64,000 nt of DNA from an uncultured Candidatus Saccharibacteria bacterium (GCA_964348725.1 CAYGDG010000004.1:2133-66132), one strand, 5' to 3'; counted from the stretch's first letter, positions 1-9,051 are shown. A program made the numbers and translations. Notes: a model not told the origin generated them from the letters alone.

Positions 1-284
1 CATTCGTGCGAAGCGAGTGGAAGAAATATATAGATTCCAGAATTTCATACATAAGTTCATCACCGGAAGCGAAATGAAAGTCCGGATCCTGTCCCTTTGC
101 TTGGAGTTATTTTATGCAAAGCACATTGAGCGCAAGATAAAGCATTTAGCTTCTTTCAGTGTAGGCTCTCGCTAGGCAAAGCCGCCAGAGTTTCTTTACC
201 TTTCCTATATCTTTCCTTTAGGTGTTCTTTAGTACGAACTTCATATAATTCTATGGAGCTTTTTTTACGCGCGGGGATTTTTAT

Positions 285-698
285 ATGGCAGAAGAAAACA
301 ACAACAAAAATAATCAGGATACAAAATACAAAGTGCTCATCGTGGAAGATGAGACATCTCTGCGCGAGCCGCTGGCGGAAGCGCTGGCCGGCGAAGGTTT
401 TTCTGTAGTGCAGGCGAAAGACGGCAAGGACGGATTTGATAAAGCGCTGGCCGAACGGCCTGACATCATCTTGCTTGACCTCTTGATGCCGGAGCGGGGC
501 GGGATGGAGATGCTCCGCTTGCTCCGACAGGATGCCTGGGGCGCGAATGCGGAAATCATCGTGCTGACGAATCTGAGCAATTCTGTGCCCTTGGCCGAAG
601 CGCTGGCGAATCACGCGCACCATTATATGGTGAAGAGCGATTATAGTATGGGAGAAATCGTGAGCAAAGTGCGAGAACTGCTCGCTTTGAAAGGATGA
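285..698 (+). CDS. stand-alone response-regulator receiver (CheY-like REC) domain protein
   Basis: 137 aa. REC motifs are visible (KVLIVEDE ... IILLDLLMPE ... IIVLTNLS ... K) and there is no output domain. Paralog of 3558..3935. Confidence 0.75.
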   Translation: MAEENNNKNNQDTKYKVLIVEDETSLREPLAEALAGEGFSVVQAKDGKDGFDKALAERPDIILLDLLMPERGGMEMLRLLRQDAWGANAEIIVLTNLSNSVPLAEALANHAHHYMVKSDYSMGEIVSKVRELLALKG

Positions 699-1984
699 AA
701 ATAATTTTCATAAAAACTCTGCTCGCTCTCGGCACCGCAGGAACATTTGTTTTCGCTTTCTTCGCATTTGCCGCGCCGCCCGCCTCGCCGTATATGCCGG
801 GCGAAGCGCTTGCTCCCGCCTGCGACCCGGGCACGCCGAACTGCACGGTGGAATCGCCGCTCCTCTCGGGCATCGCGCTCGGCGCGGACGGCAAAGTGCT
901 GAAAATTTCTTCGGGCGCTCCGGGCTGGGCGGATGATGAAGAGGGAACTTTTATTTTCTCCGCCGCAGATTACGAGCTGGATGATTTTGACGGTATCCTT
1001 TCCACGGACAAAGGCGGCACGGGGCTGGCGATTTTCTCCGCCGGTGATATTTTTTATGCGAGCAATAGTACGACCCTGTCGCTTTTGCCTGTCGGCACGA
1101 ACGGGCAGGTGCTGAAGATCTCCTCTGGTATTCCGAGCTGGCAGACGGATCTGACTATTTCCGGCGGCGGAGGCGAAGGGCCTTTTTCCGCCGGCGCGGG
1201 CATAGATGCGGCGAGCTTGTCCTCGGACATCATCGCCGTAGACCAGTCCGCGCTGAACCTGAATAATTTTGCCAATACGCTTTCCATAGCCAAAGGCGGT
1301 ACGGGCGCGGCGACGGCATCGGGCGCGCTGAATGCTTTAGGTATCGGCAATGTGGAAAACATTGCTTTGTCCTCGTGGACGGGAAGCGCGAATATCACCG
1401 CGCTCGGCACGATCGCTTCCGGCTCTGTTCCGTTTTCGCTCGTCTCCGGTACCGTTCCCGTATTACAAGGCGGCACGGGGCAGACGAGCTACACTGACGG
1501 CCAGCTTTTGATAGGAAACAGCACAGGCAATACGCTGACCAAGGCTACGCTCACTGCAGGGACGGGAATTTCCATCACCAATGGCGCGGGGTCTATCACA
1601 GTGGCAAATGCCGCCCCGGCAATCATCGCCGGCACATCCGACAATTCAAATACGGCGAATGGAAAATTTTATGCGCTCTCTGGAGATTCTTCTGGCAATG
1701 GCACGGATGCTTCCGCCGGCACGCGTACTCTCGTGCCGCGCGTGGGCACGATAAAAAATTTATATGTCATTCTTTCCGTCGCTCCCGGCGCGGGCAAGAC
1801 GAATACATATACAATTTACAAAAATGGCGTGGCCACATCGCTTGTCGCTGCCGTGTCAAACTCAGCGACCGCCGGCAATGACACCGCGCACACCGTGTCC
1901 GTGGCGGCGGGGGATGAAGTGTCCATCAATGTCGCCTCGCAGACCAATACCAAGCTCGGCTGGTCGGTGGAATTTACGAACTGA
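695..1984 (+). CDS. secreted repeat-rich surface protein (hypothetical)
   Basis: N-terminal signal/TM segment (LLALGTAGTFVFAFFAFAAP). Repeated KGGTG / ISSG(A/I)P(G/S)W motifs. Gly/Ser/Thr-rich and tail-fibre-like in composition. Start overlaps the previous stop (ATGA). Confidence 0.5.
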   Translation: MKIIFIKTLLALGTAGTFVFAFFAFAAPPASPYMPGEALAPACDPGTPNCTVESPLLSGIALGADGKVLKISSGAPGWADDEEGTFIFSAADYELDDFDGILSTDKGGTGLAIFSAGDIFYASNSTTLSLLPVGTNGQVLKISSGIPSWQTDLTISGGGGEGPFSAGAGIDAASLSSDIIAVDQSALNLNNFANTLSIAKGGTGAATASGALNALGIGNVENIALSSWTGSANITALGTIASGSVPFSLVSGTVPVLQGGTGQTSYTDGQLLIGNSTGNTLTKATLTAGTGISITNGAGSITVANAAPAIIAGTSDNSNTANGKFYALSGDSSGNGTDASAGTRTLVPRVGTIKNLYVILSVAPGAGKTNTYTIYKNGVATSLVAAVSNSATAGNDTAHTVSVAAGDEVSINVASQTNTKLGWSVEFTN

Positions 1985-1985
1985 T

Positions 1986-2723
1986 ATGGCAAGCATAGAC
2001 ACAATGCACGCATACGCCTGGAGCGAAAATGTCGGCTGGATACGCTTTGGCTCGGGCGTGGATGTGAGCGACAGTGCAGTCACTGGCTACGCGTGGATTC
2101 CAGAGCGTGGCTGGCTGCATCTGTCGCCCGCGCATTCGGGCGTGCATAATGACGGCGCGGGAAATCTCTCCGGGCAGGCGTGGGGCGAGCAAGTCGGCTG
2201 GGTGGATTTTGCCGGCGTCACGATAGATGCGGACGGATTCTTCCACGGCTATGCCGAAGGGGACATCACCGGGCAGGTGAATTTCAACTGCGAAAATACG
2301 GCGACTTGCGGCGCGTCGGATTTCAAAGTGCGCACCGAGTGGCGGCAGGCGAGCGCTCCCGTGCCAGTAGTTTCTTCCGGCGGCGGAGGCGTTGCCTCCG
2401 CCGCCGTCCCTACCATTCTGCCTGTGCCGGAAACATCACCAAGTATTCCTGCCGAAGTGCTGATTCTGCCCGTACCTGTAGCCACTCCCGCCCCGGCGGC
2501 AGAAATTCCGACAGCGCCCCGGCAAGTTTCCACCGCTTCCGTACCGATTGCCGTACCCGTGGCGCAGGCGGAAATTCCCTCAGTCATCTTTGACATCAGC
2601 GTCGCGCCCGGCATAGCCAAAGCGGGCAATCCGCTCATCCTTTCCGCCGCCGTATTGCTTGCTCTGTTTTCCGTCTGGCTCATCTTTTATTTTATTAATC
2701 ACAAGCGCGCGCCATATATATGA
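1986..2723 (+). CDS. membrane-anchored surface protein with three AW(S/G)E..GW(I/V).F repeats, a Pro-rich stalk and a C-terminal TM anchor (hypothetical)
   Basis: ATG at 1986, in frame with track ORF 1764..2723. Repeats YAWSENVGWIRF, YAWIPERGWLHL and QAWGEQVGWVDF. Pro/Ala/Val-rich linker. C-terminal hydrophobic helix followed by a basic tail. Confidence 0.5.
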   Translation: MASIDTMHAYAWSENVGWIRFGSGVDVSDSAVTGYAWIPERGWLHLSPAHSGVHNDGAGNLSGQAWGEQVGWVDFAGVTIDADGFFHGYAEGDITGQVNFNCENTATCGASDFKVRTEWRQASAPVPVVSSGGGGVASAAVPTILPVPETSPSIPAEVLILPVPVATPAPAAEIPTAPRQVSTASVPIAVPVAQAEIPSVIFDISVAPGIAKAGNPLILSAAVLLALFSVWLIFYFINHKRAPYI

Positions 2724-3496
2724 AAAATAAATTTATAATCTTACTTCTGCCTCTGCTTCTTTTCTCACTCTTCGCTTTTTCGGCGAATGCAGAGCAGAGC
2801 GGGGAAGTGCGGAGCGAACAGAGCCGCCTGTCCGCCCGCGCCGCGCCGGGAGAAACTTTGCCCTTTGCCGTGAAGCTCCTCAACTTCGGCTTCACCAAGC
2901 GTACTGATGTGCAAATTACCTATCGCATTACAGACAGCGCGGGGAATGAAATATATTCCGAGAGCGAGACGGTGGCGGTGGAAACTACAGCAAGCTTCGT
3001 GAAAGACATTCCCATCCCGCCTGGCACGCCCCCCGGCACATATCTCGCAAGTTCTGACATCACCTATCCCGGCCAGGTAGAGCCCGCGCATTCCGAATTT
3101 TATTTCTCCGTAGAGCCGAAAATCTTCGGCCTGTGGCAGAGGGACTTCTACCTCTACGGCGGCGGCACCATTCTCTTTGCCGTCCTCATCGCCATCCTGG
3201 CTCGCGCATTCATCCGTCACCGGCGCGCCTCCCGCTTTGCCCCGCATGATTACAGGAATGTCCCGTATGCTGAGCGCGTCTTTTACGAACTCATTTCCGA
3301 CACCGTGATGAGTATGCGCCAGCGGGTGGGCGATCAGGCGCTCATCATCGCTTCGCAGATAGACGGCCTAAAAATAGACGAGCAGGGCAAGGTCATACAG
3401 CTCACGGCTAAGCCTTCCAAGGTCATCGCTGACCTCGTGTCCCGCTACGAGAAGCTCGGACAGAAAGTTTCCTTCTCTTTCCGCGGGCGCACATAA
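2720..3496 (+). CDS. secreted, membrane-anchored hypothetical protein
   Basis: Signal peptide MKNKFIILLLPLLLFSLFAFSANA. Single C-proximal TM segment (ILFAVLIAILARAFI). Start overlaps the upstream stop (ATGA). Confidence 0.5.
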   Translation: MKNKFIILLLPLLLFSLFAFSANAEQSGEVRSEQSRLSARAAPGETLPFAVKLLNFGFTKRTDVQITYRITDSAGNEIYSESETVAVETTASFVKDIPIPPGTPPGTYLASSDITYPGQVEPAHSEFYFSVEPKIFGLWQRDFYLYGGGTILFAVLIAILARAFIRHRRASRFAPHDYRNVPYAERVFYELISDTVMSMRQRVGDQALIIASQIDGLKIDEQGKVIQLTAKPSKVIADLVSRYEKLGQKVSFSFRGRT

Positions 3497-3557
3497 AGTG
3501 CAGACGAAATTTATTATCAGTTGCTTTTGCAAATAAAATATAAGCAAAAATAAAAAT

Positions 3558-3935
3558 ATGAAAAAAGAAAAAATTTTAATAATTGAAGACGAAGCCGGCA
3601 TCCGCGAATCATTGCGGGATATTTTGCAGACCGAGGACTACACTGTGCTGGAAGCCAAGAACGGCAAAGAAGGCCTGGCTCTGGCGCTGGACACTCATCC
3701 TGATCTCATTCTCCTTGACCTGATGATGCCGGAGATGGACGGGATGACCACGTTGAAAAATTTGCGCGCCGACCCCTGGGGCGCGGAGGCGCGCGCGATC
3801 ATCCTCACCAATATGTCCGCCACCGATGAAGCGCTGGTGGAGCAGATGGTGGATTACAAGCCGCTCTTTTACCTTATCAAGAGCGACTGGAAGCTGGCCG
3901 ATGTCCTAAAGAAAATAAAAGATGTCTTCAAATAA
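3558..3935 (+). CDS. response-regulator receiver domain protein
   Basis: 125 aa REC domain (KILIIEDE ... LILLDLMMPEMDG ... IILTNMS ... K). Overlaps the downstream histidine kinase by 14 nt, so they form an operon. Confidence 0.75.
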   Translation: MKKEKILIIEDEAGIRESLRDILQTEDYTVLEAKNGKEGLALALDTHPDLILLDLMMPEMDGMTTLKNLRADPWGAEARAIILTNMSATDEALVEQMVDYKPLFYLIKSDWKLADVLKKIKDVFK

Positions 3936-4623
3936 ACAAATTCCCGATTTCACTTCGCTCGTGTCGCACCAGTTGCGCACGCCGTTTGCCACTATAAACT
4001 GGCACGCCGAGATGCTCCTCTCCGGCCGGCTCGGCGCGATGAATCCCAAGCAGGCCAAATACATCCGGGAAATTTACCGCGCCAGCCGCCGGATGCTGGA
4101 TATGGTGAACACTGTCCTTTCCATCTCGCGCATAGAAAAGGGCGTCCCCGCCGGAGAATTCGGGCCGACCGATATTTCCGCGCTGGCCGAGGCCATCTTC
4201 CGCGAGCGGCGTTTTGAAATAAAAGAAAAAAATCTCATCGTCAGGAAGTCTTTTGAAAAAATTCCCAAAATACATGCCGACCCCAATCAGATAAATATGA
4301 TAGTGCAGAACCTTCTTTCAAATGCCATCAAGTACACGCCCGCGGGCGGGCGCATCGCCTTTGCCATCAAGCGCGAAGTACAGCAGGGAGTGGCCGGCGT
4401 CAGCATCAGCATGGCAGATTCCGGCATCGGCATACCAAAGAGCGCTGAGAAAAATATCTTCGGTAAATTTTTCCGCGCCAAGAATGCCCGCGCGCAGGAA
4501 GCCGAAGGCTCAGGCCTCGGCCTCTACATTCTCAAATCGGTCATAGAAGAAATGCACGGCAGGATATGGTTCACTTCAGAAGAAGGAAAGGGTACGACAT
4601 TTTTCGTCTTTCTGCCTACCTGA
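3922..4623 (+). CDS. sensor-less cytoplasmic histidine kinase (HisKA + HATPase_c)
   Basis: H-box SHQLRTPFATI. N-box QNLLSNAIKYT. G1 box DSGIGIP. G2 box GSGLGLYI. No TM segment or sensor domain. Confidence 0.8.
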   Translation: MSSNKQIPDFTSLVSHQLRTPFATINWHAEMLLSGRLGAMNPKQAKYIREIYRASRRMLDMVNTVLSISRIEKGVPAGEFGPTDISALAEAIFRERRFEIKEKNLIVRKSFEKIPKIHADPNQINMIVQNLLSNAIKYTPAGGRIAFAIKREVQQGVAGVSISMADSGIGIPKSAEKNIFGKFFRAKNARAQEAEGSGLGLYILKSVIEEMHGRIWFTSEEGKGTTFFVFLPT

Positions 4624-4630
4624 ACAGTTC

Positions 4631-5140
4631 CTATATCCCAAGCAATTTCAGTACCGGCGCGGCGAGCGGGTCGGCAGATGTGCCGTATACCAATACGCCG
4701 CCGAGGAGGCCGGTAAGCGTGATGGCGAGAAGACCAAGGAAAGCCAAAAGTTTTGACAAGATCTTGTGCGTCAGTATTTTTTCAAAAAAAGATAGAAATT
4801 GCGAAATTTGCACCGAGTTCAACCTTGCCGAAAGTACTGGAATGACAACAGTCAGAATTTCTCCGATAAGCAGAAGTCCGTAGAGCCAGAGGGAAGCCGC
4901 GGCGAAGAACGAATGCATTTCCACTGTCTGCCTGTCCACGCGCACTAATTCCTCCGCTAATTCACCGGTAGTATTTGCCGCAAAAGCGCCGAGCATTCCC
5001 GCGAGGAGCAGCATACGCTCAATGTGTTTCCAGGATACCAGCGGCAGCCATTTTTGCCAAGGCAGGATTTTTACCACTGAATACAAAAATAGAAATGCTA
5101 TCGGAAAGTGCACTAAGATGGGGTGAATATTGTAAGTCAC
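4631..5140 (-). CDS. DUF2231-like polytopic membrane protein
   Basis: N-terminal HPILVHFPIAFL motif typical of DUF2231. Four predicted TM helices. Confidence 0.5.
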   Translation of the reverse strand: MTYNIHPILVHFPIAFLFLYSVVKILPWQKWLPLVSWKHIERMLLLAGMLGAFAANTTGELAEELVRVDRQTVEMHSFFAAASLWLYGLLLIGEILTVVIPVLSARLNSVQISQFLSFFEKILTHKILSKLLAFLGLLAITLTGLLGGVLVYGTSADPLAAPVLKLLGI

Positions 5141-5174
5141 TTTTTTATTATACTATATTTCGTCTTTGGAGTCT

Positions 5175-5768
5175 TCAGATGAGATGTCGCTCTGCCGCCG
5201 CAGGTTTTTCTTTGCAGGTCTTGATGAAGACGACCATGATTGTATTGGTGACAATCATGGATATGGAATGCAGGACGGTGGCGATGTTGTACGCGCCGAG
5301 GGTGGCGAGGATGAGCGAGTGGCGCAGGACATTCGTGCCGAAGAGGAGCGGCGTTTCGCTCTTCGGATGGCAATATGCTTTGCGCAGTGTCGGCACGAAT
5401 GCCACCAGGTCTATGGCGACGACGATGATGACGGACACAGTCGGGTCTTTAGTGATCAGCCAGGGGATGAGTCCAAGCAGAGCGACGGCGAGAAAATATT
5501 TGTCCGATCGCGGAGGATTCTTGAAGCCGTATTTCAGCGAGAAGAAGAAAATGGCGACGGTGAATATTTCGGACACGCCGGTGGCTATAGCCGCGATGCC
5601 CGCGCCCTTCGCTACTTGGCCGAAGAAAATTACACAGGACACGATGCTCCAAATGAACCAGGTATATGGATGCGGTTTCACTTTGCCGCGCACCACATCC
5701 CGTAAGTAGGGAATATTCCCGAGGAGAGCGAGGAGCGATGCGACGATGACCAGGATTATTTTGAACAT
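5175..5768 (-). CDS. hypothetical 6-TM membrane protein (paralog of 11272..11853)
   Basis: Hydrophobic throughout. Shares architecture with 11272..11853 (for example PTLRKAYCHPKSETP versus [16 protein letters not shown]). Confidence 0.45.
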   Translation of the reverse strand: MFKIILVIVASLLALLGNIPYLRDVVRGKVKPHPYTWFIWSIVSCVIFFGQVAKGAGIAAIATGVSEIFTVAIFFFSLKYGFKNPPRSDKYFLAVALLGLIPWLITKDPTVSVIIVVAIDLVAFVPTLRKAYCHPKSETPLLFGTNVLRHSLILATLGAYNIATVLHSISMIVTNTIMVVFIKTCKEKPAAAERHLI

Positions 5769-5870
5769 GGGCGTATTATACTATGTTTCGCCCGGCGCAC
5801 GAACTCGTAAACAAATTCCGGACGGGAGAACTTTAGAATTTCTTTATCTCTAATGTAGTAAAATCAGCAA

Positions 5871-6251
5871 GTGAAAGATTTTGATAATTGGAATAAATTA
5901 AAAAAAGAGCTCAATGAAAAAGGAAATTTTCCTTACCCTGCACCTCGTGAGATATGGTGGTGTTCTCTTGGACTGAACATTGGAGTAGAAATAGACGGGA
6001 AAAATGAAAATTTTGAAAGACCTGTTTTAGTTCTTCGCGCGTACAATAAAGAAATGCTCAAAGTCGTACCGCTTACCACAAGAGAAAAATCACCGCCTTT
6101 CTATTTTAAAATTCAGAACGAGGCGATTTCTTCTTTTGCCGTTATTTCACAAACGAGAGTAATCAGCTCCCGCCGGATGATACGGAAAATAAGCAAGATT
6201 TCACCAGAGGAATTTCAGCGCCTGAAAGCTGCTATTCAAAAAATCGGCTAG
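5871..6251 (+). CDS. MazF/PemK-family toxin-like protein with N-terminal extension (no adjacent antitoxin seen)
   Basis: REIWWCSLGLNIGVEIDGKNENFERPVLVL aligns with the MazF core GDLIWVDFDPTKGSEQAGHRPAVVLS. LKVVPLTTREKSPPFYF aligns with CLCVPCTTQSKGYPFEV. The C-terminal ISPEEFQRLKAAIQKIG aligns with APEELQLIKAKINVLIG. Confidence 0.6.
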   Translation: MKDFDNWNKLKKELNEKGNFPYPAPREIWWCSLGLNIGVEIDGKNENFERPVLVLRAYNKEMLKVVPLTTREKSPPFYFKIQNEAISSFAVISQTRVISSRRMIRKISKISPEEFQRLKAAIQKIG

Positions 6252-6353
6252 AAACAATCGGAGCCCGCCACTTTCGTGGCGGGCTCCTCGGAGTTCCGCA
6301 AAGGGAACCTAATACTTATATTATAGCAAAGCGCCTTGCTTCAAGTCAACCTC

Positions 6354-6626
6354 CTAATACAAAGTCTTCAACCAAACCCCCACGCCTTTATGCCCCGAGC
6401 AAGTGCCGCGCTTGTGCTGGCTGAAGCTGTATGTGCCGTCCTTGCATTTCGCGCTCGCGCCTTTCGGCGCGACCTTGGCCTTTACCGGAGCGTGCACTTT
6501 CACGCCGCTTGAATTCACATAATAATCGCTCGCCGCTATGGTCGGGACAGGGGAGAACGCCAGGCTGAAAGCCATCGCCAAAAGCAAAATAAAGCCGGGT
6601 ATCAAGTGCCTCTTTTTCGTATTCAT
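6354..6626 (-). CDS. DUF3761-family small secreted protein
   Basis: Signal peptide followed by the hallmark YYVNSSGVKVHAP ... AKCKDGTYSFSQHKRGTCSGHKGVGVWL. Confidence 0.6.
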   Translation of the reverse strand: MNTKKRHLIPGFILLLAMAFSLAFSPVPTIAASDYYVNSSGVKVHAPVKAKVAPKGASAKCKDGTYSFSQHKRGTCSGHKGVGVWLKTLY

Positions 6627-6754
6627 ATGTCCTCACTTTCGCATCTGGGTTCGCCTTTGTCAATATAAAAACTTTATCTTTTCTTTATGTGGGGTGTGTA
6701 TACTGCCGGTGGCGCGAATTGCGCTATTTATTATTTTGCCTAATTACAAGTTAT

Positions 6755-7417
6755 ATGGAAAAAAGTATACACAAAATTACAATCGGTATTCGCTATCGGC
6801 GTTCTTTTAGGATACCTGACATCTCAGGAAAAGTTATAGATTATATCTTGCACGATGATAAATCACCATTTCGTGAAAATTTCTTTCAAGAAGTTGGTGA
6901 AACTTCTGAAAAAGGTAAGATACTTGTAAGTGAAAAGAAAGATTTCTTGTCTATTGATATAGATAGCTTAATTTTAAGTTTAAATACAAATAATTTGGAG
7001 TCAGCCTTAACAAAAATCAAAGACTCATATTTTCCTTATTTTACAGATTCTATCTTTAAAGAATTTGAAATTGAAAATATAAATAGATTAGGTATTATTT
7101 TTGAACACAGGTTAGAAAAACTTGATTCAATAGATAAAATGACTAAAGAGCTTTCCTTAAATGAAATTTCTGCACCTGATAACTTTGAATTAAGATTTTC
7201 AAAAAAATTACCTACAACAGCTGGATTGATTTCAAAAAATATAGTTGACTTTTATAACACCATTTTTACCTATCAGAAGAATTCTAAAGGTATAGATATT
7301 AAGTTAGACTATCAACTATATTTTTCCCCAGAGATTGGTAGTATACAAGATGTTGAATTTAATAAATTTATTGATTCAGCAAAAAGTTATTTATTAGGTA
7401 AATTCTATAAATGGTAA
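6755..7417 (+). CDS. hypothetical cytoplasmic protein, first gene of an AT-rich three-gene operon
   Basis: Internal ATG at 6755 is preferred over the track start at 6689. About 30% GC against about 50% in flanking sequence. No TM segment. No recognizable domain. Confidence 0.45.
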   Translation: MEKSIHKITIGIRYRRSFRIPDISGKVIDYILHDDKSPFRENFFQEVGETSEKGKILVSEKKDFLSIDIDSLILSLNTNNLESALTKIKDSYFPYFTDSIFKEFEIENINRLGIIFEHRLEKLDSIDKMTKELSLNEISAPDNFELRFSKKLPTTAGLISKNIVDFYNTIFTYQKNSKGIDIKLDYQLYFSPEIGSIQDVEFNKFIDSAKSYLLGKFYKW

Positions 7418-7418
7418 A

Positions 7419-7949
7419 ATGGCAAAGAGAAACTACCATCTATCACGATTTCATCATACAGGTAAATCTAAGATAGAGAAAAATGATTATGTTGAATTAA
7501 TTAATGCTCCTCAAGAAAAAATCAATGATACTATTGAAGACAGCAGTGATGTATTTTCAGGCTCAGATATAACCGATTCTGGAAAAGGAACAATCTTAAA
7601 GAGTCGTAAAATTATAAAAGAAGATGTTGTAGAGCAGAGCAAAGCACAAAAATCTAAACCTTATGTATCTTTAGGTACAAAATTAAGTAAAAATATTAGA
7701 AAAATAATCTGGGATGGAATTATTGTTGCGATACTCATCACTGCTGTTGGAGTAGTATGGGGCCAGCAAAAAGATTTAGGGAAGATTTTAGCTAATATTG
7801 ATGCCATAAAAGATGATATTACTAAACTTCAAAATAAATATGACGATAACACAGGGTATATTGATAATGTAAAGATAATTACACAGATACAATCAGATTT
7901 GGCTTTTTTAAAGGAAAGGTTAATCAAAGTAGAGTTAAAAGTAGAATAA
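7419..7949 (+). CDS. hypothetical single-pass membrane protein with C-terminal coiled coil
   Basis: Start lies 1 nt after the upstream stop, so translation is coupled. TM segment IIWDGIIVAILITAVGVVWG. Heptad-like C-terminus. AT-rich. Confidence 0.45.
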   Translation: MAKRNYHLSRFHHTGKSKIEKNDYVELINAPQEKINDTIEDSSDVFSGSDITDSGKGTILKSRKIIKEDVVEQSKAQKSKPYVSLGTKLSKNIRKIIWDGIIVAILITAVGVVWGQQKDLGKILANIDAIKDDITKLQNKYDDNTGYIDNVKIITQIQSDLAFLKERLIKVELKVE

Positions 7950-7986
7950 TATTGTATCAATATATTCAAAATGCTAATATCAATAT

Positions 7987-8658
7987 ATGAGAATTAAAAA
8001 ATTAGTATCAAATATTGTTTTCATTAAAAGACCTGAAACAGAAAATAAATGGTGGCATCGTCTATCCCAGGTACTTGTTTTTGGCTCAGGTATTATTGTA
8101 TTTATAATTTCAATCTTATTTTCCTTAGATTATTTAGGTAATCATAGATATGTTGCTTATCATCCAACAGCATTTAGTCTAGAGCCAAACTATGAACGAG
8201 CCAAGGGAAAAGAATTCCGGTGTGAAGAAACCCTGAATTTTTCAGGGGAAGAGCGTTTCATAATTAAATGTGAAGGCATTGCAATTTCACCCGAAGCTTC
8301 AAAGAGATATCAAATACTCTACAATGTTGCTGATAAAGATTTAGAGAAGCAATTTGGTTTAGATAAATATGATGCTACTCATTGCTCTAATAGTGAAAAA
8401 TTTACAACTGAAGCAATGGATTGTATATGGCAAGCTGTAGAGGATAAGCAGGCAGATGCTGCGTATGATGAATATCTAGAGGCACAAAAAAATATCGCGC
8501 GCATTAAAGTTGTCAAAGATATTCACTATAAATACATACTAAGTGATGTCTGTATGTTTTTATTAGTTCCAATTGTTTCTTTTATTGCTTGGATTTTATT
8601 GTGGAATTCAGTTATTTATAGAGTGATTCTTTATATAATTTACGGAAAGAAAAAATAA
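7987..8658 (+). CDS. hypothetical two-TM membrane protein
   Basis: N-terminal TM (VLVFGSGIIVFIISILFSL) and C-terminal TM (VCMFLLVPIVSFIAWILLW). AT-rich. Followed by a strong terminator. Confidence 0.45.
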   Translation: MRIKKLVSNIVFIKRPETENKWWHRLSQVLVFGSGIIVFIISILFSLDYLGNHRYVAYHPTAFSLEPNYERAKGKEFRCEETLNFSGEERFIIKCEGIAISPEASKRYQILYNVADKDLEKQFGLDKYDATHCSNSEKFTTEAMDCIWQAVEDKQADAAYDEYLEAQKNIARIKVVKDIHYKYILSDVCMFLLVPIVSFIAWILLWNSVIYRVILYIIYGKKK

Positions 8659-8670
8659 TTAATAAAAAAG

Positions 8671-8700
8671 AAAACCCCGCAATATTGCGGGGTTTTCTTT
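8671..8700. terminator. bidirectional intrinsic terminator ending the AT-rich operon
   Basis: AAAACCCCGCAAtaTTGCGGGGTTTT: a perfect GC-rich stem with an A-tract upstream and a T-tract downstream. Confidence 0.55.
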
Positions 8701-8826
8701 GAGCGAGAGGGTGTACCTTTCTTGCGCCGTTTTCGGTAGCAAATCTGAAAAGTTGATTACTGAATTTCTCGCCGAAGTAAGCTCTCAATAATCCAGTACA
8801 TTTTACTCAGTTCCTCTAGATAGGAG

Positions 8827-9051
8827 TTATCCTTTAGGAGGGAAGTCATCGTTCCCATAAGAATTTCTCCAGCCAATCGTGCCATCTAGCTTCTGAACCA
8901 AAAGTTCAGCTTCTTTATTGATTGCGATTTCTCGCGCTCTTTCAATAGCTTCTTCTTTTGTTTCAAAAAATCCAGCAGCTCTTTCTGCTCCTGCACTTTT
9001 GACCTTCCATCCTTCATCACTAGGGCTTACCCATACTTGATTCAAAGACAT
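8827..9051 (-). CDS. DUF2188-family small protein
   Basis: VSPSDEGWKVKSAGAERAAGFFETKEEAIERAREIA ... DGTIGWRNSYGNDDFPP matches the DUF2188 pattern (GW.V...G.....F.T..EA...A..IA ... DGTI....SYGNDP). Confidence 0.55.
   Translation of the reverse strand: MSLNQVWVSPSDEGWKVKSAGAERAAGFFETKEEAIERAREIAINKEAELLVQKLDGTIGWRNSYGNDDFPPKG

Noticed and set aside
75-110. GAAAGTCCGG motif reminiscent of the RNase P RNA P4 region
   Set aside because: Only a 10-nt match. The surrounding sequence does not continue the RNase P consensus (GGGCUCC...).
156-623. 155-aa minus-strand ORF at the window start
   Set aside because: Overlaps the well-supported plus-strand receiver-domain gene. The first 284 nt show no convincing coding signal on either strand and are left unannotated.
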